64,000 bases of DNA from Takakia lepidozioides. Lineage: Eukaryota > Plantae > Bryophyta. Numbering within the stretch: position 1 is the stretch's first letter; the number at the start of each line of letters is the position of its first letter. The stretch lies in the NCBI GenBank assembly GCA_030704615.1, contig CM060732.1:9424001-9488000 (forward strand). Direction: 5' to 3'. Of the stretch, positions 49,519 through 63,224 are shown piece after piece. The translations under genes were made by a program, and so were the position numbers. The notes below the pieces were generated by a model that was not told the DNA's origin, did no database searches, and was given only the letters and a program-made list of their open reading frames with translations.

Positions 49519-52500
49519 TTAATCTTGAAAATCATCACTATCGTCGTCCTGTCCTTGACTGTCCTGCTCCGCCTCCACCCCGTCATTGCTTTTCTCATCT
49601 CCAGCGGACTGCTCGTTGGCCAGACTTTCGAAAATCCCATCTTCCCCTTGCGGAACCGACCATCTCACCTCCGTTGGTTCGTCGTCCTCCCTGTCTGCAT
49701 CGCTCTCATCCGCTGAATCACATATGAACTTTCGCACCCATCTACCTGTCTCAGCTCTTGCCAACTCTTTCCTTATCCTTCTGTCCTCCCTAGCCCTCTC
49801 CAAAATCTGCTCTACTTTACTGGGATTCTCACATCGTCTAATCGTTGTATTTGCGAGTTTAGCTGCATAACTAGGAAGGGAGTAGTCCTTCACCGGGCTC
49901 GTCATGAAGTCGGCCCTCGCAAAGAACGGGACACTCTTCCTGGCAGGAAGCGTAGGCCCTACATGTTTCGACCCAGATCCTGGAATCCTGCACATAACAA
50001 TCACCAACGAGACCAATGAGAACCACAGTCCGGAAATGTGTTTGACAAAAAATCACCCACAAGGCTTTGCAAACTTACAATTTTTGCACTCACTCGTATT
50101 CCGGGTTCTCCTCGGCATCAATATCCACTGTCTCTTCCTCCGACTCCGACAAATCCGAGGAGTCTTTGGCTTCGATGGGAGCCTTCACATTCCGTTGCAG
50201 CCCTTCCAGATGGGATCCTAGACGGATGTGTCCTCCTCGTAGGCAAAGAGGTGCCGGTCGGAAAATCGCCCAGCCCACATTGAGGCACCTGTTACAGTGC
50301 CATCCACACATTATGACATGGCCCTTCTTTCTTCCAAAAGTCCTCGGAGTACCTGTTCCAAGATGGCAAAGCTTGCAGTCCTTCCACAGGCTCTCCGTCC
50401 GGAATATCCAAGATGAACATATCGCAAGACCACTCGGTGGCATTTCCGCCCCTCCTGCAATCCTTGTCTGTATACACCCTCTCAAAGAACGAGACCATCT
50501 TCAGAAACCCAGGGGTGTTGGAAGGCTCTTCGGCAGCCGCCTTCTTCAGTGCTCTGCCCTTCAGACCCTCCATGGTCTTCATGTATGCCAACTTGGCTGC
50601 CCCTCCATCCAAAGCCGCCAAGAAACTCTCATTTACACACTGGACTACTGTATCGGGATCCACTTTCGGCCTCTTCATTTCCACCGGCTCGAAAGGGTGC
50701 CCCCCCGGGGGTTGAAGAGTGCCTTCTTTGCCGAGCCTGTTCTCGTCCCTCTCGTGACAACGGTGGCACAGGGGATTTTGGCTGCGTTTCGGGGGGTGGG
50801 CTGGTTGCAAAGTCTCCATCGGAGTCCTCTTCGTCACCCTCTTCCTGCACTATCTATTTCTGCTTCTTCGTTTTCTTGGGTGTCACAACTGCTGCTCTTT
50901 GCTGGCGAGTCCTCTTCTTCGACCCCTTCTGTTGAGCCTGCACAGCTGCATCCACCGTCTTCTGTGCCATCTCAGCTGCCTTTCTAGATTGTTCCAGAGC
51001 AGCAGCTTCCTTTGCCGACTCTGGCCCAGCAGGGACACGTCTTTCCTTTCTCTTCTCTTCTGCTTTCGCGTGCAGATCTTTCTCAGACTCGTCAACAATT
51101 CCGCCAGACATGTCCAGGTACCACGGGCATCCAACGAGATGCGTGGCATGCCATTGTTTCTGCATCTCGGGTGTGTAGACACAGCTTGGGCCCGCCACGG
51201 TCCAGGCCATGAAGAACGGGGGCTCTTGAGCCAAGGCCCATGTCTGAAGAAGCACGTATTTCATATACCTGCAGGGCAGTCAGCATGCGTGAGCAAAAGT
51301 TGAGAGCAACGTACTCGCAGAGTGCAACCGAAAACATAAAATGCAAATGCGGTGCCGCATTTCCCAGACAAACCTCATAACCATGCTTCGCATAGAAGGA
51401 CAGCTGGGCTTCACCTGTAAACAATTCGCATTGCAGCTTTTCCCGCTCCCTCCTGATGTGTAAACTCCACGCTCCTTCTTGCTGTCTATAGCTCCCTGGC
51501 GAAGAGGTTGTCCTTGTACGCACATCTGAAACGTGTCACGTAGTCTTCCAGTGTCTGTATTCCATCCCATTTGACGTACAAGCCGAACGAATTTGTATGC
51601 ATTACGACTTGCTCCTTCGCATTCGTCATTACCTGCGATTCCCACATGCATTGTCACGTAGCAGTTCAGGGAATTCATTTCAGAAAAGCAAATCTGGGGA
51701 ATTACATTGAATTACCTGGAACCACCAAGTCATGCGGTTGAGCCACACATCCACTGCAGGGTCAAAAACTTCAAGTGGAAAAGACCACATTGTCCTTATA
51801 CTCTCCGATGCATTCCAGATCGACAGCCACCGTGTCTGCCATTTCCGATCCAATGTCAGGAGCAGGAAGAAGAGTGGATATTGCTAGAAAGGAACTTCAG
51901 TGCATTGAAACCTCACCTTCTCTTTCGCCTCAACACATGCCGTTGAGAGGTGATGCAGTTTCTCCAACTGCATGGTCGGCTGCATGGCCCAAGAATAGTG
52001 TTTTGCAATCTCGGGGATGAAGTCCTTTCCAAGTGCCGGATCTGCAATGGCCACCAGCTTCACAAGCTTTGACTTGTATTTCGTTCTGGACTTGACCCCG
52101 GCTTCCTTCAAGTGCTCAGTCAATGACTGCAGCGTTTTGACCTGCCCCTCATTTTCCATGAAGAAGCGTTTGGCATGGGCCAAATCCAGCTTGATGTTTG
52201 ACTGCCAACAAAAACATGCAGAAGCGTTACATTCGATTCATGTGGAAAGATTACTGAAAATTGGGGAAGGATGAGCAGAGGGAAATGGGAGGACGACTTA
52301 CTTCGTATATCACCTCCACCATTCCATCCATAGTGAGACGATACCATGTCCGGTCAGTTTTTGCCACGGCTTTCTGAATGAGCTCGGGCTCCAGCATTTC
52401 CGCAAACATGTGCGGATCAGTGAGACCAGTTTTCCTCACCCTGTACAGCATATGTGCCATGTGGGTATGCACGTACGCATTTTCAGTGACCCTGCAAGGC

Positions 52501-54130
52501 ACACTCTCCAGTTCAGTCCACAGAAGCACGGAAACAAAACAGATTGGAAACCGAAATGTGCCACCGCATTTTGAACGTGCTTGGGAGGGTATGAGTATCT
52601 TACGAGTTGAGGTCCGCCATGGCATTCTTGAGCAGGGAGGAGTCTGCCGCCTTCACCTTGAGGATGACACACTCCACCATGTAATGCCAGCCAATGTGCT
52701 TGGCATGGTTCTGCTTGATGTACTCCCACCAGGCAAGAAGTCGGTGATTCCCGTCCCACACAAATAACATTTTACCCGACATATGGCCAAAGTCTGGATC
52801 ACCCTTCAGCGTTGCCTCGAATTTGTCGTTGCGAGTGTGCCAGTGGGTATCCCATGTTGACAATTCATCTGCAGTGGGTCCACGAGATTCGCCGTCCTCA
52901 TTCTCAAGGGAAACGTAGAAGGCTGGCGAACCTAGACGGTACCCTTCTCGAAATGCGAACTTGAGCTTATCCACATTTCCGGGAAGTGCCTGCCTGACGA
53001 TGGGAAGGGAGACCATGCGACAGAGTGGGATTCAAAGAGTCCGCTGGAATACCCTACTGCCCAGAACTCTGCCAATGATATTGTGTGTCTCCTCCAACAT
53101 TGTATCCGTTGCACTTTGGAATTCCTCCGGAGACATTTCTGCTGGTGACGGTAGAGGCTGAGCAGCTGGACAACTGGAGCTGCACTCTAGGGAATCTTTG
53201 CGGGCAATTCTGCAATTGCAGAGGCCTCCTCCGGGCCTGCAGTATTCTGAAGATCTTCCTCAACGGTGGTCAGGTCTTGCTGCAAACGTTGAGCGGCAGC
53301 ACCCTCCTCCGGTACCAGATCGACAAAATCGGTCGATCCCATTGCCTTCGCTGCAGCAGAGATGCCCCCAACATCACGAGGCTGGAAATCAAGCAGGAAC
53401 TGGGCTTCAGCTCGTGGAATCGGTTTTGTAGGAGACTGCTCCGCCCTCCCCTTGATTGCTTTGTGCTTCCTCATTCTTGCAGGTGAAGTTGTCTGCTGCA
53501 ATTGAATCTGCTTCATTCGCCTGGGTGGGGGGGAAACGGCCTGGTCCGGATTAGAAACAAGTTGAAGGACGGGCTGCTTCTTCTTTGTCTTTGCTGGAGA
53601 AGGGCCCGACCCCTGCTGGCAATTCTCCATGACATTTAAACGCGAGTCTCTCTCTAGGGCTTTGAACTGCAAAGACTTGCCCCTCGAAGCCGCGTCCTTG
53701 AAACGCACAGGGCTAGGCCCGGTAGGAAGACCCATGCTCGTGGATTGGCTGGGTGTGCATGCTGCAGCTAGCTCCACGGACTCTTCCTGCGGCTCTTCGG
53801 ATTCCTGCAATCCCTCCAGCACATCCACCTTTCCGGTTAGGCATGCAAACATCTTCTGCATTCAAGTCTCCTAGCATACAATCTAAGAATTGCAGAAGAA
53901 AAATGAGGGGGGTTTCGGTGCTCGATCAGCTGCGCAAATCCCGATAGCACGGAGCTCTCTCTGGTGGCTAGGTTGCCTGCGCGGCCTGCTGCTGCGAGAT
54001 GACAATCTCCTCCTGTAGACGCATCTGCTTCCTCCCCTTCGGCATTGGCCTACGTCCGAAGTACAATTTTCGGAGCTTGCGACGATGTCTCTTCTCTGGT
54101 GCACACACTCCCTCCCTCTCAGGTTCGAGC
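49519..54130 (-). pseudogene. ParB-MTase fusion gene, copy C (motif-I region deleted)
   Basis: MLFVWDGNHRLLAW at ~52745; CDMFILDIPDG at ~50395-50427; ASMWAGRFSDRHLFAYEED; acidic tail RKFICDSADES. Confidence 0.8.
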
Positions 54131-54399
54131 ATAAGAAGAACAGAGACACGGAAAAGGGGCGAAGAGTGCAGATGGAAAAGGCGCGAGAGGGGTGACTGAG
54201 TAGACACGGCAAAAGAAGATGAAACAGCGGTGATGCACGACTTCGGTTTGAAAGGCTTGGACAAAAGTGTCTCCTCGTGGACTATGCGTCATTACAAAAT
54301 TCGAATCGTCAAGGGTACGCCTGCCGTCCGAAAAACAAACATCAATATCCAACGGTCAGGCTGCGCCGCCTCCTGCCACTTCAGTCAAATAGAGTGGAG

Positions 54400-56040
54400 A
54401 CATGTGCCGCAATTCCGTTGGTCGACGTGTTCACATATCATGGCATTTCCGTCCCAGCGTCTAATGAGTTAGAGTGAAAAAGCAAATGCGGCGCCGCATT
54501 TTCGTTAAGTACCATTTCGAAGCTACACATACCGTACTTGTTGGACGAAAATGCGGCACCGCATTTCCGTTCCACCTTCACATACCTTAGTTGTTGAACG
54601 GAAATGCGGTGCCGCATTTCCGTCCCACAGCTCCATGCCTGAGATACAAAGCGGCGCCGCATTTCCATTCTGGAATGTTGGAAGGTGCGACTCGGACTGA
54701 ATTGCGGTGCCGCATTTCAGTTCCCGTGGTTCATGATTTTCAATCAGAACGGAAATGCGGTACCGCATTTCCGTTCCACCTTAATACCTTAGTTGTTGAA
54801 CGGAAATGTCGTGCCGCATTTCCGTTCTGGAGAGTATGAAGGTCTCACCCGGACGGAAATACAGTGCCGCATTTCCGTCCCACAACTCCATGCCTCACAT
54901 ACAAAACGGAAATGCGGCGCCGCATTTCCGTTCTAGAATGTCGGAAGGTGCGATTCCGACGGAAATGCGGTACCGCATTTCAGTTCCGATGGTTCACGAT
55001 TTTCAGTCAGAACGGAAATGCGGTGCCGCATTTCCGTTCTGGGATGTCGGAAGGTGCGACTCGGATGGAAATGCGGTGCTGCATTTCAGTTCCGATGGTT
55101 CACGATTTTCAAACAGAACGGAAATGCGGTACCGCATTTAGGTCTCCCCCGGACGGGAATGCAGTGCCGCATTTCAGTTCCGATGGTTCACGATTTTCAG
55201 TCAGAATGGAAATGCGGTACCGCATTTCCGTTCTGGAGAGTATGAAGGTCTCAACCGGACGGAAATGTTGTGCCGCATTTCCGTTCTCGAATGTCGGAAG
55301 GTGGGACTCGGACGGAAATGCGGTGCCGCATTTCAATTCCCGTGGTTCATGATTTCAATCAGAATGGAAATGCGGTACCGCATTTCCGTTCCACCTTCAC
55401 ATACCTTAGTTGTTGAACGGAAATGCCGTGCCGCATTTCCGTTCTGGAGAGTATGAAGGTCTCACCCGGATGGAAATACGGTGCGGCATTTCCGTCCCAC
55501 AGCTCCATGCCTCACATACAAAACGGAAATGCGGCGCCGCATTTCCGTTCTGGAATGTCGGAAGGTGCGACTCGGACGGAAATGCGGTGCCGCATTTCAG
55601 TTTCGATGGTTCACGATTTTCAGTCAGAACGGAAATGCGGTGCCGCATTTCCGTCCCTCAGCTCCATGCCTCAGACACAAAACCGAAATGCGGCGCCGCA
55701 TTTCCATTCTGGAATGTCGGAAGGTGCGACTCGGACGGAAATGTTGTGCCGCATTTCAGTTCCAGTGGTTCATGATTTTCAATCAGAACGGAAAAGCGGT
55801 ACTGCATTTCCGTTCCACTGTCACATACCGTACTTGTTGGATGGAAATGCGACACCGCATTTCCGTTCTGGAGAGTATAAAGGTTTCCCCCGGACGGAAA
55901 CTCGGTGCCCGTTTTCCGTCGCACTGGTGCATGACTAAGATGCAAAACGGAAATGCGGCGCCGTATTTCCGTCCAACAACAATCGAAAGTATTACTCCGG
56001 ACGGAAATGCTGAACCTCATTTCCGTATGCGGAACCTCAA
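54400..56040. repeat. Palindrome-spacer array between the divergent genes (copy C)
   Basis: About 28 copies of the 22-bp palindrome separated by five recurring ~31-nt spacer types. Confidence 0.95.
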
Positions 56041-56418
56041 TTGGTTGCATTGTTCCGTAACAACACAATTGCGGCTTGTCTTAATGAGCACAACTTGGTT
56101 GTCTAACCGTTTTAACGTACAGTCGTGACACTTGTCAGTGCGAACGTTCATGTCTGCACCGAGAATACTGCTGGATCCACCCTTAGGAGAAACTGTCAGG
56201 AGATGTTATTTCGTCGCCGAATCGGCCATCATTGTCATACTTACTAGATATGGAATCACACCTCCCACCTTCATGCATGTAGCTTGAAACAATACTTTCC
56301 ACTTCAATGTGCGACTTCCAATCGTCGATGGACTCCGCAGATCCACTTAGATGGTGCCTATGAGCCTTGGTCTGTCGGTATACTGAACCTCGCACTTACC
56401 AACTTCGTGCGGTCTTCG

Positions 56419-57963
56419 ATGGCTCCGAATTCCTACGCTATAGTTTGTTGTCCTCCGCAACTTGGGAAAGCCTGGATCCCAAACGAGGGAGGACTTTGCA
56501 GAGTGACTGAAACTTACCTTTGTTCCAAATTCAAGCTCAAACCGGGCATAGTTTATTTGGAAGAAGAAAGGAAGGATGTTCCTGGACAGGTTGACGATAC
56601 CATTGTCGTGCTAGGTAACGATGGAGGTTGCGGAATCGAATGGCACGTACCCCCATCAGACACCATCCTGTACCGAGCTGTGGGAATGCCCATTCCCTTT
56701 CGGAATCAGTCGCTGCCCACACCATCCACAAAGGAGTCCGGAAACCGACAGTCGGCCACTGCCAACAGAGAGGTATGCAACGATAATCATTCCCAACCTG
56801 GACCGTCAAGACCCTCCATAGCTTCTCGAGTGGACGTATTCGACATTTCCGACGAGGAAGATGAGTGCATTGAGGTCCCCATGTCCTCCACACGGTCGTT
56901 CAAATCCGACATGGACGTCTCTGCAGGTGCTACGCATGTACCCTCGAGCATAACTCCAACCCGGTCCATTGTGCAGCTCCTATGGCAATATCACCTCGAT
57001 GGTTCTTGCTCCGAGCTGGCTGCTCTCGACTATGCCAAATTTCCAGTCAGGAAGGTAACGTATCTGCCTCCCGAAGTCGATGGCAATGTCATCTTCGAGT
57101 TTCCACCTGTTACTTCGTCAAACAAAGCCTCAGGGATGTTAACAGACATGGATCGAAAGCATGACGGACACCCCTGGTGTGTGACGAAGACCAATAGCAC
57201 GAAAATTGCTGATGGTGTTCGTGTACGATACGTCCTCTAAGCGGGGAAGCTGAGGTGCCTCAATCCCGCTTGCTTCCACTTTCTCTCCAAAGGAGGGCGG
57301 AGAAACGAGACGGATTGGACTGGCACAACCCATCATCCATTCATTGTCTCCAGCCAAGCTCCTGCGGGTACTTTCAAGTGCGCACATTGCAAAGAACCAC
57401 CGACGTGCATGTCCATGTGCAGAGCCAAGCAATATTACATAATCCATTTGCTCCCGGACTTGACTAGAGCTTGCATACACGTTGGGGTCCAGTGCCATCC
57501 CTTGGCGAGAGGCAACATGCGTGAGGCTGTGCAGGAAGCACACAACATCATAAAAGAGGAGGTGAAATTGAGCCCCGGAGCCAGACCCAAGCAGATTCAG
57601 CTGAAGGCAGCCCACAAGATTGCTATTGGAAAAATCATGTCTGAAGATGGTTCAGACCGAGTGCCCTTGATCGAAGAGGAGATGCTTGACCTGTTGGAGT
57701 CCGTCTCGCACATTTGTAGTCCGAATGTGCGGAATCACATCGTATCTTGCAAGCAGGAGTTCGGCCGGGGGTCGGACATGCACTCAATCCTGGAGGTGAA
57801 ATGAATGACTGGATATGACTACATCCAAGGTAGCAGGTTTCCAGGGCAAGGCAGTGAATCCGATCGTTGTTACATTTTTAAAATGTCGACGTGTGGGCCT
57901 GGGAGTGGGGTCGACTTGGTCACTCGCATGACAACTGGAAACTTGTTGAATGCTTGGGTGATG
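56419..57963 (+). pseudogene. GCM-domain transposase of copy C, truncated at NAWVM
   Basis: MAPNSYA...MDRKHDGHPWC...LTRACIHVGVQCHP; stops at 57238 and 57802. Confidence 0.88.
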
Positions 57964-58146
57964 CTTGGGAGATATTCATAACAATTAGATGGACACATGT
58001 TCGCCATGCTTGTGGAATGAGCTTGTGGCGCACAGGTCGTTCCGAGCGATCATCTTGGCGTGGAAGGCCTTGCGGTGAACCCACCGTAGCCCCCTTTTCT
58101 CCTTCTTCTCCTTATTGTCCTTGCAACCCTGGATTCTGTAGAGACG

Positions 58147-61100
58147 GTGACCACATCCCGAGGGAGAAGAAAACGTCGAAGAACACTATACTTCACATCA
58201 AACAAGCAAAGGTTACGCGCTAAGGAGAGGATGAGGAAGGCGAGACGGGACCTTAGAATGGGAGAAGAAACCTCCGGCGGAGATGAGGACGAACGCCAAA
58301 ACCCGATTCTGCAACCATTGTTTGGAGAGGAAGGTCTTGAAGTGATCCCGGAGGCGACCGAAGAGCAACCTCCAATAGAAGGGGGGGAGGACGAGGAAGT
58401 CAGCTGGGCTCGGGAGGAAGCACTGCGAGTGGAGAACCAGGTCTTGAGAGAGCAGGGAGGGGAGGAGAGATGGACACAGAAACAATGTCGTCTGCCGTTG
58501 TTTCGCACCATCGGGACCTCCTTGGAAGCATGCTGCCTCCAGACCTCATGGAGAAGTTGAATGCCTCAAGAGCATCATGAAGTGTAAAGAAGAAACCGGA
58601 GGTGACTATCAACCCTCTTTTTCCCTTTTTTGTTTTTGTCTGTTCCATGCTAATCAGAGAGGTCGACATCAACCTTGCGTCAACGCAAGGTTGATGTCGA
58701 CCACTAAAGTGTATGTTATGGGCATGAAACGAGTGCAGATGTTGCGCCTTTTTTATTCATTCCCACCAACCCTAAACGCCTGGCAGCCATGGAACTGTTG
58801 AATGCTCCCGGTGCATCATCAAGTGCCAAGAAGAAACCATAAGTTGCAATGTGCTTTTCCATCTGATTTTTTTGTTTGTTGAACACCAATCTGAGAGTTC
58901 GACATCAACCTTGCGTCAACGCAAGGTTGATGTCGACCTCCAAAGTGTATGTTTATGAAGGTGACATGAAGCAGATTCAGCACTCGAATCAACCTTGCGT
59001 TGACGCGAGGCTGATTTTGATGCCACTCTCAGCATCCGAAGTCTCGCACCAGGAACCGCAAAGTAGGGAAAGTCGATTATCTGAAGCCCCCAAAAGAACC
59101 CTGCGTCAACGCAAAGCATTTAGTGGGTTCAATGGACTGTTGCGGTATGCATTTCAGACTAAGCTACATCCCCATCAATCAACCTTGCGTCAACGCGAGG
59201 TTGATCCATGGGAGCTCAATCTGTCACTCACAGGGATATTCATTATCTGCAGAGGAAAAGAAAAAGGAAATCCGTGGGGGGAGATGCGGCAGTGGCAGAA
59301 GGTGATGGTGAGGAAGAGTCATTTGAGGGACACTATGAAGACAAGGCCGAGGAGGTTATGGGTGGACAGAAAGTGAACACCTCGAAGGTGATTCTGTCGA
59401 TGGAGGTTCCCGGCGGAAACCTGGTTATCCCACTATGCATGATGATCTCCATGCCCGCGGTTCGACCCGCATTGAGGAACGACATCACAAAGTTGAAGAA
59501 CGATTTTGTTCACGACTATGTCAAGGGATCTGCAGTGTTCTATTTATCCACTGTGAACACGAAAGGAGAGGAGTGTCTTGTAACAGAGGACATAGAGCAA
59601 AGTTGGGATGCATGCTGGCGGGATGTAAACAGGGAGTTTGAGTTCAAGCTGTCCAAAAAGGCCTCCACAAAAGCGTTTATGGGAAAGATGTTTTTTGTCT
59701 GGGATGGAAACCATAGATTGCTTGCCTGGATGGATTACATTTCAAGCTTGCACTCGGACGAGATTGAATGGCACTGGAGCGTGGTTTCCATGGTACTCGA
59801 CCACAAAGGACGTGTCACACAGCTCTTGACAGCCATGCACGACATAAACAAGTAAGTTACCAACATTGTTCCTGTTCCGAACTGCGTTTGCACAATTAGA
59901 AATCATCTTATGAGTTGAAGGTTTTTCCAGGTCCAATGAAACCTCCCATGTGATGACAAATCTCTGCCACACTCTATTCCGTATCCAGAAGATAGGGCTG
60001 ATGCCACTGGAGTCATTCATGAACGTGCTCAATCCTCAGCAGATGAAGAGGTGTGCTGAAAAGAAGACAAGCACATGGTACAGCCTGACAAGGGAGGCTT
60101 TTCTTGACTACATGTACACGGTAAGCTTCTTGACATCTATTTGATTGTTGATACTGCAAATTTTATCAAGAAACGGCAGTGTTTGATTCCTTCTCCCTGT
60201 AATGTAAGCAGCAAGAAATAGCAGAAACTGGTTTGAAGGCGAAAGCAGAGTACTATGCTTTCCACACAGAAGAGCAGAGGTCTACAACTGGGCTTGAGGA
60301 CATTATGAAATTCGAGATGAACAATCAAATGAAGAACCTCATGAGTGCGTTCGACAAACAAATCCGTATAGCAGATCCAAGTCTTGGCACGGAATTTCTG
60401 GAACAGGTGAAAGCACGTTATGACAAGTATGGCTCCAAGCCAGAGATGACCCAAGAGAAACTGCATAGCCTTTCCATTTTAATGGTGGACAATGCAACCA
60501 AAATCAGGTGGTTGGAGATCTGGAATTCCGATCCACTTGTGAGAGACACCAACATGTTCCCATCTCCTGAGAGGGACTCGAAGACACAAGCAATAAAAGT
60601 TGTTAGCGACCACACATTCGACCAGTGGCTACACAAAGCAACCTTCTGGGTTTCCACAAAACCATTTTCAAATGCTTGTGCTGCTCCGTGCTCTCTCCAC
60701 AATTCTTATGATCTTTGTTGCTGCAGTTGGAAAAACGAGCGGTGGCTGCACTTGGAGAGTCAATGGTGGACTACAAAATCCAGATGGCTTGCCCCCGGAT
60801 CACACTGGAGGCCTATATCAGGAGATGGAGGCTCGCTGTCTGGAACAACTGTTTCTTCAGGGAGTTCAAGAGAGAAAAAAGAATCTCCAGGTCCTACGAA
60901 TTCAAAAACCAATACAACAGCAAGCAAGCAATGAAACGAGTGTTGTACAGGTGTGACCTCCAAGAGACAAATCTGGTACTTGAAGTGTATGTTTGTGTAT
61001 TCTTGTGTCATTTTTTCCATGCAGAACTGCGAATTTGGAGGTTTTGAGGGAGCTCTGAAGGCTCTGGACGTGCAGCCGAGCAACATTGCGTTAACGCAAG

Positions 61101-63224
61101 CTTGTATCCCGTTGTTTTTGGTTTCACTTTCATGTACCTGGGGTATCCAATGATGTCGTTTTTCTGCATGTGAAAGGGCAAAAACTGACAAGCAAATCAA
61201 CCTTGCGTCAACGCAAGGTTGATGAAGGGCCAGGCTATGTAGGTTTTCCTGTGTTCTTGGGCTGTTTTTTTTGTGGTTTCCAGTTCCAATTCTGCCAGGA
61301 TGAACTTAAAGTCTGTTTGAAGTCTGCTTGAAATGCTGTTTAGAGCTTACACTGTACCAACAAACAGCCTTGCATTGACGCAACGTTGTTTGACGGTATG
61401 GATTACTAGAAATGTCCCGCAGAAATACCCCGATTTCCATACAATTGTAGGAAAGTTAAGGTTATCAAATACCATGGACAGGTGTTTCAGCAGAGGAATT
61501 CAACCTTGCGTCAACGCAAGGTTGAATATCCATACCAGCAGATCTTCGGATGGTTGTTTTCAAGCACTATTTTCCATTTCCTCTGTTAATGAAAACAACC
61601 TTGCGTTGACGCAATGTTGAATTCCGTTGGCAATCACTATCTCTTTCAATGCTACATTATCATAGGTGTATCCGCCAATCTTCTTTGCATCAACGCAAGG
61701 TTGATTGGGGTTCCATGTTGTGCATGAGATGTTTTAGGATAATGGGCTTTCCCTCTCGTAGGTGCTTGTTGAAAGTGCAGTTCTCCAAATTTGGTGTTTT
61801 CCATTTCAACTCGAATCAACATTGCGTCAACGCAAGGTTGATTCGGGCTTTCAAACGTTAGTTTATCAGTGATCTTGACCTGCATGCCAATACCCTTTTC
61901 GTGATGTGTGATCTGTGTCCTGATCAGATCGATTGACTGTCTGGATTTTTGGGTGTGTGTGTCATTCAGGTACATGTATCATGTCCTCATACCGGGAAAG
62001 TACCTTAGCGATGACCCAGACTTCATCTACTCATGGGCTGACCCCTCCAATGACAAGACAATGTACACGGCTGGTATTGCCAGAGACTGGAGCAGGGCGC
62101 ACTTCAGAGACTGTGGGTGGTACCTCGATCTGCCAAAACAGGACACACCATTCGATGAAGTTGTTTTGAGAAACCTTAACGACAACGCCGCGGCACTTGC
62201 CCCACTGGCTGACAAAGACATTCAGGACATAATCATTGCTGCTCTGGCTGCAAAGAGCCTGAGAAATCTGCTACTCCAAAACGGAAGGGGAAGATTGTCG
62301 GGGATCCGAAGGAGAAGGGGAAGAGTGCAGCTCCGCAGGATCAGGGCCCATCAGAGGTCGCTGAAAGACAGCCTTCTCCAACTAGGAGGGATAGGAGAAT
62401 AGCAAAGTCAAGGGAGTAGCCTTTCGATGCGAGAGAACATCCATCCAGGGTTTTGGGCCAGTTCCATCGTAAGGTGGTGAATGAAAGTTTTCTGGCAATG
62501 ATGGAATCCAGGAAGTCCACATTCAAAGGGGTGCCCTCGAAATCATGGGACATGCTTGTTTCGTTCCTCACTCAGGTAAGCACATATGTCTTAATTGTTG
62601 TGTGAATAATTTTGTTTTGGCAACTTGTTCTGGCTTGTCGAGGGGATTGATTTCCTGTTGGATCTGGATTGGGCTTGTGACACTGTCTCCTGTTTTTTGT
62701 TGTAGGTCACAAAAAGGCGGGATTGGGTGAATGGAGTTCAGCAGGCATACGCGACTGACCTTGTGGTGCTGGACATTCCTGACGGTTTCCCTGTCCCTGA
62801 TGTGTTGCCTTCCAATTCGACCCCCACTTGGAAGAAATTGGATTCTCGTTACTAGCAGTGGGCTTTCTCATTCAGCAACAAATTCCTTTCTGACTCGGGG
62901 GCTCTTCTTCTCATGCAGTCAAAGGTCATGTCGGCACGGAGAACTCTTTTCAGCTACATGAAAGCTTCCGGGTTTCGTGTCATCAAAACTTGGACATGCA
63001 TCAACACTCTGCCTCTTACGAAGGGCGAGTTCCCGGGGCAGAAAGTGAGTTGGTTCCTTTGAATTAAAGTTTCGTGGTTCTTCAGTATATATCAAAAGTT
63101 GGTTCGTGTCTTTTGCCTCATGCTCTCTTCGTGATTATTGACAGACTCGGGTGTTCGAAGCTTTGTGCCTGGTGAGGGTGCGTAAGGACACTCTTCCTCA
63201 TGGTATTGCTGAGTTCCTGTTGTA
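58147..63224 (+). pseudogene. ParB-MTase fusion gene of divergent copy D
   Basis: MFFVWDGNHRLLAW at ~59700; AHFRDCGWYLDLP; manual translation TDLVVLDIPDG at ~62772 and FLSDSGALLL. GT-AG introns; cut before motif I. Confidence 0.8.
58661..61845. repeat. About 12 intronic copies of palindrome TCAACCTTGCGT-YR-ACGCAAGGTTGA
   Basis: 5 copies at 58661-59205 and 7 at 61080-61845. The first extends to 42 bp (58661-58702). Confidence 0.9.

Larger units (their letters stand above)
46169..57963. mobile_element. MULE family copy C (small-gene pair, array, ParB-MTase, array, truncated transposase)
   Basis: Same divergent layout as B. The left junction GGGTGGTACT matches the family end GGGGGCTACT at 8/10 but lacks CATGAGC. 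The right side is truncated. Confidence 0.7.

Noticed and set aside
54400-56040. CRISPR array
   Set aside because: Spacers are five recurring types and not unique, there are no cas genes, and the context is eukaryotic with introns.
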